64,000 nucleotides of DNA from positions 8,280,358 to 8,344,357 of the forward strand of contig MU054187.1 in the NCBI GenBank assembly GCA_013239625.1, given 5' to 3'. The DNA is from Lama guanicoe. Its lineage: Eukaryota. Positions 53,885 to 64,000 of this stretch are shown piece after piece; position 1 is the first letter of the stretch, and each line of letters begins with the position of its first letter. The notes beneath the pieces were generated by a model. It was not told the DNA's origin. It made no database searches and saw only the letters and a list, made by a program, of their open reading frames with translations. A program made the position numbers and the translations under genes.

Positions 53885-53990
53885 CAATATAATCATATAG
53901 AATATATAATACACACAATAATATATATCATATAATATATAATAATATATTTTAATATTATACTTTTTTCAAAAATTTAATTATTAATAA
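53885..53990. repeat. AT-rich low-complexity tract
   Basis: atataatcatatagaatatataat...tataatatataataatatat. Confidence 0.75.
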
Positions 53991-54299
53991 TAAAGGGCAG
54001 AGACCTGTGGCTAAGCAAAGATAGATATTGTCCCTAAATATCATTATTAGTTTTAAATGCATTCTTGATCCAAACAACATGAAAGAAAATGGTTTTGGGT
54101 AATAAAATATGAGGGACAAAATTATGGAGAGCAAGTGTTTAAAATTAGGAAAATTATTGTCAGTATTTTAAAAAAGAGAAAAGAATGAATAATGATGCAA
54201 AGAAAATTTTATTTATTAATTTAATAATGCATCATTTAAATAAATAATGATACCAAGAACCTCCAGGAAATAGGAACACATTTATTTATTTATTCGTTT

Positions 54300-55280
54300 A
54301 CTCTTAAGTTTTTTAATTGTTAAAAAAAAACTATACACATAACAGACAATAAATATCTGTCTGTCACCCAGTCTTTATCAAACTGTTTAAAATCACTTGT
54401 GAAAAATCCTACCCTTGACCCTCAGATCTCAGCTCCCAGAGTGAACCAGGGCTAACTTCTTTTAGATTTTTTTTCCTTCTTATATCCACCCGTATACCTT
54501 TCGTAATACCAAAAATGACCCTGTTAGATTCTTCATTGTGCTTTTTCAACTTAATTTTGTGTCACAAATGTCTTTCAAGGTCGGTGTATATTGCACGTCG
54601 CTTACTTTTGGTAACAACATGCTGCTTTATAGAGTGGAGATACCATTATTTATTTAATCGTCTGCTTACTGAAGAGCATTCAGATTGCTTTCTATTTTCT
54701 GCCATTCTGGAAAACCCTGATACATACATCTACAGTACTCATGTCATTATTTCTGTAGGATACATTCTTAGGTGTCAAACTCAAAAACACCTTCCCAGAA
54801 AGACTGTATTGGTTTTCACTACGACCATTTCCCTCACAATCCTATACATTATTTTTTTTTTAATTTGATCTATTTAAAAGTTGCTTTAATTTATATTTTC
54901 TTTTTATTAAGGATTCTGAACATCTTTTTATATCATTTTTGGACATTTATATTTCTTCAGCTAATTGCCAGATTAAATTACTTTTCTATTAGATAGCTGC
55001 TTCTTGTTTTGTAGAAACTCTTTGTATATTTGATGTGTTCATCTTCTCCTTCTAGTCTGCCATGTGTCTTTTAATTTTGTTTATGGTCTTTTTCTCTGGA
55101 GAATAGGAATTTTAATTTTTTAATGTGTAGTTAAAGATGTCAACATTTTTCTGTGTGAGTCTCTGAATTTTTGCCTTGCTTAGGATAGCCTTTCCACCCT
55201 AAGTCTACACAAAGCATCTCTATAAATAACATTCCCATCACATATTTAAATGCTTTTTTCAATCCACGTGGAATTGATTT
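54300..55280 (-). mobile_element. Old L1ME-like fragment
   Basis: taccattatttatttaatc...gcattcagattgctttcta...ttatttctgtaggatacattcttagg...ttttaattttgtttatggt...aatccacgtggaattgattt. Confidence 0.8.
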
Positions 55281-55414
55281 AACTCTGATTCTAGTAAAAT
55301 AACAAAACAAAATTTAAGTAGAAATTATTTTCAAATTCTTACAGAACAATGAAACCTGGGTCCAATAAACAGAAAGAACAATTCAGACAAGCCTGAATTC
55401 CTTTCTTGATAAAA

Positions 55415-55725
55415 ATACTGAAGTAGTGAGTAAGGGAAGGCAAGGAGTGTAATAAATCTTGACCCTTGACATACACTGTCTCCATAAATCTTTCATAAAA
55501 AATTAATTCAAATTAGCTTTGAGGTAAGCACTGTCAACTGAACTGAAAACCGCTTGATGGACCATAAACAACAGAAATAATAATAGCATTGATGTATCCA
55601 TCTGTGAGGAGGAAAAACAGATACCACACTAAGGCCAGGGATAGACCTGGATTCATGAAGCTTTTATATTAATGATCTAGAAGGAAGAAAGAAAAATGAT
55701 GCAATCATTAATTTCACAAGTGTCA
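55415..55725 (+). mobile_element. CR1/L3 LINE reverse-transcriptase relic
   Basis: Degenerate landmarks in CR1 order: TVS (cf. FDTVSH), ENRLMDHKQ (cf. ENWL..R.QR), FYINDLEG at 55662 (cf. FINDLDEG). Confidence 0.65.
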
Positions 55726-58492
55726 CTACGTTGAAAAGCGTGTCCCACACATTTGGAGGCATTAGAATAGGAGATTGTCATAGAGCACAGAAACACGGAG
55801 GGAGGGTATCCAAGTAAGAACTGACTTTGAGTCAAATCCACAGCCATTTGTCTATCTGTAAACCGAGTAGTTCAGTCAAATGACACTATGGTGACCACTT
55901 TGTAACTGGCTAGAGAAAAATTCATTCATCCAAGATGGAGGAAGGGGAGCAAGCCTTCCAGAAGCAGGGCAGTAGGGACACCCAGGAGGAGGGGATGGGC
56001 ACTGATCGCGGGAACATGAAAAGTGCACCAGCTATGGCTCCTCCTCCCATGACCCTCAAACACTGCCCAGGCAGTGAAAGATGCTCTCACATCTGCCAGC
56101 CTCTGAAAGCTGTGATTTAAAAAATAATAATAATGAATTAATTAAATACAAACCAATAATGATAATTAAAGGTGACTGAACTGGTTTAGATGAAACAGTC
56201 AAAGAGGCATAATAAGATGCTAACATTCAATTCATGTTAACATTTTAGTGTTTACAAAATGCTTCCACCTGGTCTCCTCTGATGAACACCCTGGGGCAGT
56301 CAGGAAAGGCATGATTATTAGATCCATTTTCCTCCTGAAGCTAAGGAGAAACAAGACAATTGCCAAAGATGACATAGTCATTCTTCTGGGAGTCTGCTGC
56401 TTCTACTACACCTACTCGTGCCTTTTAAAGTAATTCACAGAGCAGTGCAATCAGGTTTGGACATATGTAAAAATCACAATTCAAAAAGTTCTCTTTAAAA
56501 GAAAAGCAGATTGTATCTTCATGAGACAAGCACTTTCCACGTACACTGAATACACGAGATGCATCCTTTGGCCTCAAATCTGTATCCCTACTTCTCCTCA
56601 GCCTTCCTTCTTTCTACCCTTCCTCACTTTTTTTCTTCCTTTTTGTCCCCATGACCATTGTTCTTAAAAATGAGGAGAATGTGGGAAGTAACGGAAGGGA
56701 GAAAGAATGTTTAAGGACATGGATCAAAAAACAATCTTTCTGAGAAAATCTCAGCTTCTGATCTGTGAAGGCAACAGGAGTTTTTTTTCACAAGTATCTA
56801 AGGCCTAGGAGGGTCTTAAGTCACTTTGGAGATTGACTTGATTGTCTGCCTGCCACGTGGTAATATCCATCTCCGCCTGGGCATTACACTGCAATAGGCA
56901 GACATCCTGGTTTGCCTGCCAACATCACTGTAAGCAAATGACGGCCCCCTTCAGGTAGTCTGGATGAAATATTTCATCGAGGAATGTTCTCTTTATGTTA
57001 AGACACTGTTGTCATGATGCCTTACCACTGCTGATTTCCTTTTTTAAAACTTGTTTACCACTGTGCAAATACAGCACAAATGTGTATGTGTGCAATTTTT
57101 TCCAAGTGGACAAACCAATCAATACAGTTTTCAGCCAAATACATTAATAGGAAAACCAAGTTAAATGTTTCTTAAACATTCGTGAAAATGATCGTGTGCA
57201 GCAATATTGCATTGCTAGAACCAACGACCTCATCAAAAATGTTTGAGAAGGTGTCAAACTTAGCCATGTTAAGTTTAAAAATTTCAACTGTGAAAAGCTC
57301 TCTAGCTAACCATCTGTTTATCTCATTCCTCCTATATATAATCAAATTTCTTTCAAACAGGAAGGCTTACATTGACAGAGTAAATGAGTCCAAATATTTG
57401 GCTTAATAGATCTTCACTTTAATTAATCAAATAAAATTAATCTTTCAACTGAAGTGAAGTTTACATTTGTCTGTTTGATCTACAATATTTTTGAAGGATA
57501 TTCATAATATTTTGTACACTACAAAAAGCTTATCTACTATTATTTGTATTTCAAGCAGCTGGCCTGGGCATATAATCATAGATGAGACATTTCTTAATTG
57601 GGGTAACATCTCTAAATTTTACTGGATTTTGATTTTATTTATAAAAGGGAGCAAAGCTTGCAAAAACAGTCAAACTTGAGAAACATTTTAATTCACCAAA
57701 GTGTTAAGTATCCTTGGTTATATTATGTGCATTAAATTTTCCAAAAAGAATTTAGCTTCAGATGAAATTTCAGGCTCAGAAAGCCTACATCAAACATTTA
57801 GAAGGATTGTGAGATGAGAAGACTGTTAAGGAAAGCGGTAAAGGGCTATTGAGAAAAATCAGGCAGATTATTTGCTGATACTGATTAGTGAAATTTGATG
57901 AGGAACTAAGAGAATTTGTGTTTCAACCCCATCATTTCACAGTAGTTTCCTTTCTATCATATATGGTAAGCATCATCCACAAAAAGTAAACCAAGAGTAA
58001 ACCCATACTTGAAAAAGAACCGTCCGGTGATTAAGGGATCTGAATAGCAATTCAGCAATTGGTTTTCACTAGTCAATTAATGCCTGAGAGAACTGAGGTA
58101 TTTATAAAGCTGCAGTGCCTTTTGCATAAAATAACTAGTTCAAATCCTGATTTAGAAATTAATTTGTGATTTAATTTCTTCCACCAAATTATGTATTCAC
58201 GATAAATTAAAGACCATATTTTATCACAAATCCCAAGAATAATAACTATCTGACTCTATAAAAATGACACGTGTATAAATATAACATACAAACTTCTATT
58301 CACAAATAATTAGATTCCAGGATTGTGTCTCACAACCTTTAATTATCATAATTTCCAGTTCTCATTTCGTCTCCGTAATCAATTTGTCACTGAGATAACT
58401 TTTGAGGCGTAAAACAACGTGTGTCTCATGGTTGAATATTTCATACTCAGCACTTAAGTATGTTGTTGTCCTCCACCGCTACATTCTCCTCA

Positions 58493-58511
58493 TTGCCAGG
58501 AGATGGCGCTG
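58493..58511 (+). promoter_or_regulatory. CTCF motif
   Basis: ttgCCAGGAGATGGCGCtg, one mismatch to CCASYAGRKGGCRS. Confidence 0.55.
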
Positions 58512-58849
58512 TGGGTTTTAAATCTCAAGAGCTAAAATCTCGAAGCCGAACTGAGCCCTGAATTTTCTTCCTTAATTCAGGGACACCAGACAAGCCCTAC
58601 AAGTGTTCACTTTTTTGTCCCAACAATTTTCCTCTAAAAATTTTTTTCGAATGTTTTCCAAGATTCGATTAAGATAAGATTCGAAAGGGGAAACACGTAT
58701 AACACAAATAAGTATTACCAGTCCATAGGGAGTGCAATTGACGGCAGGAGTACATCCCAGGTAACCAAGGAGGGAGAGAATTGTTAAGAAACTTTTTTTT
58801 TATACTAGTTTTCCTCTATCAGCGTCCCTACATTGTTCTCTGGGGCCCA

Positions 58850-59790
58850 AGCAGTGCGAGGCAGGCGCAAGTTTTTCACTCGCTACCGCGCCCCTCCCCT
58901 TAAACGTCGCCGCAATGGGACAGACCCCGCGGGAGCCAGATGAGCCCTTCTCAGCAAGCGAGGGGACCAACCTGCGCATCGGCTCCGGACGCGCGGCCAA
59001 GCGTAAAAAGTTGCTTCTCCGGGAGCTGAACGTTTCCCTTCAACGTTTGCTCCAACTTAAACCAACCTGTCCCCAGTCGTGAGGATCGACCTCTTTTCTT
59101 TAAAATAGATCAAGAAAAGGGAAATCTTGCGGAAAGAACTTTACATAAACAGATTTCCACTTTTCCACGGTCGAAGTCCTTGGAATTGCCAACCACTACA
59201 GAGGAAGTGTAAGACTGGGGCCCCTGGCGCACTGCCAGTGATGTTCCAGCTCCCGCCGGCCCTGCACTTCCGCTGTCCTCCTCCTCATTGGCCCCGCCAA
59301 TCCCCAACACGCACATGGACCCATAGCATCTCTGTGAGTGAGCTTTCTGGGACTCCGCCAAGAGGGTAAGAAAATAGTGATGACAAAACAACACCGAGAA
59401 ACTTGACTTCAGGAGGTGGGTGAGCTTGAATCTCTCTGCCATCAAGTAGATCCTGCCTTTCCAAACCCCGCAGGGGCGCAGGATGATGAACCTATGCCGT
59501 GCGGGCTTCAAGCAGACCCAAGTGCCACCAGACAGCGCTGGGCGGGCGAGGGGCGGGGTGGGTAAATGCAACTTCAAGGTCAGCATGCCTCTGGGCTGGA
59601 GGGTGCTCCAGCCTGGAGCGCTGGGGCGCGCCCTGCTTGCGCGCGCGTTAGGCGCCGGGAAGAAGGGTTCGGAGCCTGCACTTCCTCGGCGGTTTCTTAA
59701 GAGGAAATGCCGCTGGGGTCTACGCGGACCCGACCTTCCAGGCCGGACTCCTCCGCGGCGGGGGAAGCGCAGCCCCAAAAGGGTTTCCGT
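58850..59790. promoter_or_regulatory. Upstream CpG island / promoter-like element
   Basis: High CpG density; ETS cacttccg 59265-59272, ATTGG 59287 and CCAAT 59297, GC boxes at 59540-59562. Confidence 0.7.
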
Positions 59791-59896
59791 CACTCTTAGG
59801 GAATTTGCTTTTCCAGAGCAGCTCAAGCCAAAGTTCAGGTCATTTTCTCCAAACTTTGCTTTTACTTTTTAGAATGTTCTCAAATAGATAAATTGC

Positions 59897-59897
<1 letters not shown>

Positions 59898-59929
<32 letters not shown>
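59898..59929. repeat. (AC)16 microsatellite
   Basis: Perfect dinucleotide run. Confidence 0.97.
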
Positions 59930-59931
<2 letters not shown>

Positions 59932-60719
59932 CTCCCTTTCAGAAAACACACACAGATACTCAAATCCCAGTATTTCGGGGTTCTCCTATCTTTTTAATCT
60001 AGGTAAGTAATAAGCTGCTTATCAGGTCTATAGAAATAACAAAGAGGAACTCTCTAGCTTCGTTCTCAAATGGTGGATGTGTTACTTTCTGATTTTATTT
60101 AGGTTCCTATTTCAAATTTCAAGCAACGAAGATGATCATTAATAAATTTAAGTATGACCTAAAAAAATTAGTTTGGTCTGAAACTCAAAAGCTCTATAAT
60201 TTCAATAGGGTGCGGCTTGTTGAATATTTAAGAATCTTTTCAAAGCCAGAGGTGTGTTCCTTCCTGATGTAACAAAACTATACGCATCTTTCCACAACAT
60301 TGCTCTGGCGTCTGTAAATTTGGTATCCAACTCTCGGTCAAGAAAGCTCCCTGTCCTGGTGTGTCTACCAACCAGCCTCACTGCCCCAGCCAGCCCAATA
60401 CCAAGGGCGCACTGCTAGGTGTTCCTGGATGGCGCCCACCCCACCGTCTGGAACACCGAGTGACCTGAGCTGCCCCCACCATGACTGGGCAGAGGAAACA
60501 GCCCCCTGCGTTGCCTTTGCCCCAACTGCTTCAGTAACTCACACTGACCTTCTCTTAAACTGCACAGTCAGAGGATATCGCTTCCAATGCTTCATTCTCA
60601 GGGGTCATCTGTGGGTCAGGAGTTTCCACCGCGGGCTAATTTCCCACCCTTTCTTCCTGGGCAACCAGAAAGTGTTTATTTTGGCTTTTCCTCTGCTATC
60701 TTTCCAACTTGCTAGATAG

Positions 60720-62100
60720 ATCAGGACCCCGGGCCCCTTCCCCGCTTCTTGGCAGAACAAAGTTCGAGCAGAGATTTCCAGAGCTCCTGCGGCCAGAGGA
60801 CACTAAATGAGCAGCTGACATCAGCCCTTGGCTTGCCTGAAACCAGGCGGCGGGATTCCACTCAAGTGAGAAGAGAGGGCCTAGGCCGTGACTTGGGGCT
60901 GGCGACGATTAAACCAGGTAAGGAGACACCGGGCAGATGTGTTTTCATTGCCCTGTAAGATAAATGCTGCGTTAAGTGCCTGACAACTTCCCAGAAGCAA
61001 TCAGCAAAAGTTTACGAGTGCATAAACCTCAAAGACCATTCCCCGACGGTTGTTATAAGGCCCACATTTAGAGCTTCTATAAATTCTTCGGTAGTTTCCC
61101 AAAGCTAAGTTTCCAGGGACAATTAAGCGGCCACCTCCTCTGGGGAGACCGGGGTGTGGGGGGGGATTTTCTTGAACTGCCGAAGAAAGAGGTTTTGGGC
61201 TCCTACTGAGTGAAAGTTGCGCAAAAGTTTGTTCCAGAAGTTTCGATGGCCAGGGAGAGGAGCGGGGAGGAAGGAAGGCGTGGAAGTGGGGTCGGGGAAC
61301 GGTCATGAGGTACTCTCTCATACTAAGTTATCTGATAGCAGCGAAGGACCAGGGTCTGGCGAGGGGCCGGAGCGGCGCCTTTGCCACTTCGGTGGTGGCC
61401 CCCGCTTGGCCACCGGAAGGTCCTGCAGGGCACAGCCCTGTGAGGCGCTCGTAGCTCCCACCCAGCCCGGACCTGGTAAATCCTTCGCCCTTCTCGTGCC
61501 CCCTGAATGGCCGGCAGGATTCCAGGCGTCCTGCGGAAAATGCCAGCGCACCAGAAAGGCGGGCTGGACGGAGAACCGGGTCAGACATTTGGCGGTGGGT
61601 CGCCACTCTGCCCCAGAGCCACGACGGTGCCCGCCTCCGTCCCCCCGCGGGTGGCCAGAATTCTTTGGTCAGTTGGTATGAGGCCCACACGACTCACCTA
61701 TGCTTACAGAGAACCTTTGTTTATGATTCCAGTGAAAACCAAGCTGCTAATTGAAAAACGGTAACAGGAGCGTGTCTTTAGCTTCCTAAAGCGAGAGGTT
61801 AACAGCTGCGCGCGCCGGGGAGGGGAGNNNNNNNNNNNNNNNNNNNNNNNNNNNNNGCGTCCCGCCCTCCAGAGCCGCCCGCCCGGGTCCCGGGCTGGAG
61901 AGCCTCTCGCAGCCCGCCTGTTCTTCCCCAACCTTTGGGTCCCGGTCAGTCCAGAGGCGGGAAGGAACCGACGACTGCGTGGCGTTTCTGTCCCCAAGAG
62001 ATTGAATCTCAGGCAGTTATTTTGGAAAAATACCGCTGGGCCCCTTTTCCTCCTTTCCAGGTGAAAATTCAGACGTCTCTGCGTCGTCCTCACCCCTCCT
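60720..62100. promoter_or_regulatory. CpG-rich segment (middle part of the island complex)
   Basis: GC- and CpG-rich, no recognisable TEs. Confidence 0.7.
61828..61856. other. Assembly gap (29 N)
   Basis: Run of n within very GC-rich sequence. Confidence 1.
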
Positions 62101-63734
62101 TTATGAAATAAGGCGTCCAACTGTTCTGATATTACCATTCAAAAACAGGTTCTGTGGCGGACCTCATTTGTGAATCTATTACAGAGATTAATAGATTATT
62201 TCTCCTTTTTCAACTAATTCTCAGTGGGGAAATTTAACCATATGGTAAGGAGAGAATTAGAATTTCATCACATTAGAGCAAAATGTAATGAAAAGAGTCC
62301 AACACCTGGGGCCAACTCTGATAGCCACAATTAAAAGGTTTTTAATGAAACCAGAGAAACCAAAAATTTCATAGGCTTCAGTAATTCTGCCACATAAGAA
62401 AGATTTACTGGAGGTGTTGGGAAATATTGTTTTTCTTATGTCATAAGGATGAAAACCAGCCGCTAAATACCATGTGCTCCCAGACACAGGACACAGGAGC
62501 CGGAGGACCGTGTGTACCATCTCCCATCCGGAGAGGCGCACTTGTTTTCACACTTCTTCCTTCGCTCTCCCTCCAAGAACAACCAAGGCAGACCCAGATG
62601 TCCCTGAATGGCTTCCTAGCTGTGGCGGCTACGTTTCCGGGTAAATAAATATGCACGAATACCCACTTGGTGTGTGAGAGGCTTTGACTCCTGGTGAAGT
62701 TGAACTATTTTGAAACAATTAGATTTTAATGTTGAGGAAAGTTTGAGCAATCAGTTTCTTCCTGATTAGGAAATCGTGTGCTTCATAACCACCATCCCTA
62801 TAGCCGATTTGTAGAGTGCTGCAAAAGCACCCCCTCCCCTTTAAAAAAAAATAATCTAATGGGCTGCATAATCCACCTGCTTTTCCTTTTCTCCCCCCCT
62901 CCCCCGACAATCCGGGCAGGAAGTGGGCAATTGGGGGCGGGGGCGGCATAAGGCAGTGTGTTCTAGGGGCGGGGGGCGACCGCTTTACTCTCTCACTAGC
63001 TGAGAATCTTGGGCGAAAATTTTTGGGCAAGCCAGCGGGGACGCCACTTCCCCTGAAAGTCCCATCTCCAAATCCAGACCAGAGTCATCCTAGGAACAGG
63101 GGTGGAGTATCAGTCTCCCCCGTAAGGGTCATGTAGCACAAGATGAGACAGCAGTGGCGAGGAAAGGGCCGTGGGGGATGGGGAGCGGGGGCGGGGGCGT
63201 CTGCTTTCCACGGGACTCCCAGGCTTCGCCGCCGATCTACAATTTGCTGAAGGAGCAAAGAACATCCTCGGCTCTAAGTAGGGCTTTTAGTGTGCTCATT
63301 GATGAGTGAAAGTCGCCACACATGTCAAGCTAAAGGCAGTTGTTGGGTTACTAACAGGACCCAGCGCCTTGCAAACATATGCGCTAAGCTGTGTATACAG
63401 ATGGCAGGCAGAATAATGGAGCAGGCGCCTTTTATAAAGCTCTAGCTGCTGCCTGTCTTCAGACTTGGGAAATGAAACTATTCAGACTCGCGGCCAGATA
63501 GCGCCTGCGATTGTTTGTTACCGTTTTAATCCTATTAATTAAAACGTTAACCTGATTGGGTAGAAAGCGCTGTCCCAACAGGCGACTCTTCTTCATAATA
63601 ACCTACTCAGAGATAATGATGTAAAAGACTCCCCCGTCTGTGGCTGCGGCTGGTTGATGGGTCCGGAAATCTCTTGAAGGTGAATCCAAGCAAGATAAAC
63701 GGTGCGGAGAGGAGGCGCGGGGCTGGGCTCAGAG

Positions 63735-63752
63735 CGGCGGCGGCGGCGGCGG
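63735..63752 (+). repeat. (CGG)6 in putative 5'UTR
   Basis: cggcggcggcggcggcgg seen directly. Confidence 0.95.
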
Positions 63753-63782
63753 CTCCACTCCCTCCGCGCCCACCCTCCCACC

Positions 63783-63802
63783 ATGCGGGGCCGCGGCCCA
63801 TG
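63783..63802 (+). CDS. RYBP: Putative first coding exon MRGRGP(W) with phase-2 donor; candidate alternative exon 1 of RYBP
   Basis: ccaccATG (A at -3), ATG CGG GGC CGC GGC CCA TG then donor gtgagc at 63803. As I recall, canonical RYBP exon 1 also ends in phase 2, so splicing would give MRGRGPWPKRQAK...; downstream exons are outside the window. Confidence 0.5.
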
Positions 63803-63837
63803 GTGAGCCCCAGCAGCCAGCACCATCGGCTGGAGAC

Positions 63838-63905
63838 GAAGAAGAAGAAGAAGAGGAGGCGGCGAGCGCGGGGGAAGGCGAAAAAGAAAAAGAAGGGGAG
63901 AGGGC
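63838..63905 (+). repeat. (GAA)5 and purine-rich tract
   Basis: gaagaagaagaagaagaggagg...gaaaaagaaaaagaaggggagaggg. Confidence 0.9.
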
Positions 63906-64000
63906 TGCCAGCAGCACCGGGACCGACGCGCGCACCAGCCCCGGAGCCCGGCTCGGGCGCGTCTGCGGCGCCGCCTGACTCCCGAGCCGAGGCGGCGGCG

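Larger units (their letters stand above)
62880..64000 (+). promoter_or_regulatory. RYBP: Main CpG-island promoter / 5' region of a + strand gene, probably RYBP
   Basis: GC boxes (~62935, ~62966, ~63186), ETS sites (caggaagtg ~62917, ccggaaat 63663), inverted CCAAT 63555, CGG run, then Kozak ATG and splice donor. The promoter call is strong; the gene name rests on recall of the RYBP 5' flank and is unverified. Confidence 0.6.

Noticed and set aside
59288..59300. NFI palindrome TTGGC...GCCAA
   Set aside because: Spacer is 3 nt, not the 5 nt of the NFI consensus
59110..59826. 238-aa minus-strand ORF, the longest in the track
   Set aside because: Lies in a CpG island where stops are scarce; R/P/G-rich with no domain I recognise
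61001..62138. Cluster of overlapping 77-154 aa ORFs on both strands
   Set aside because: Expected in GC-rich DNA; one spans the N gap
1..64000. tRNA, rRNA, snRNA genes, processed pseudogenes, intact retroviral ORFs or a novel multi-gene system
   Set aside because: None recognised by eye; small structured RNAs cannot be excluded without an Rfam/Infernal search

Overview
Mammalian, almost entirely non-coding DNA. The short L1 3' tails are of the cetartiodactyl/camelid type and I saw no Alu, Bov-tA/BovB or PRE-1 SINEs, so the source is probably a camelid (alpaca or camel; inferred). About 58 kb is intergenic: decayed L1M, L2, MIR, MaLR/ERVL LTRs, one MER63 DNA transposon, one CR1/L3 relic and several younger L1 tails. 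It ends in a multi-part CpG island (~58.8-64 kb) with a promoter and the start of a + strand gene. From recalled sequence and exon-phase compatibility that gene is probably RYBP, entered through an upstream first exon (ATG CGG GGC CGC GGC CCA TG|gtgag); this is not database-verified. I found no complete protein-coding gene, RNA gene, CRISPR array or convincing novel multi-gene system, and the ORF-track entries look spurious. The best leads are: (i) a 7-nt element (ATGGTGA) that is at once a splice donor, a uORF stop and the start of an open, very K/R-rich frame missed by the ORF track; (ii) a fossil LTR-internal-LTR MaLR provirus with a nested LTR; (iii) a polyadenylated LTR retrocopy; (iv) an old/young L1 chimera; (v) two co-oriented CTCF motifs. 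Repeat families were assigned by eye from remembered consensus sequences and boundaries are approximate.
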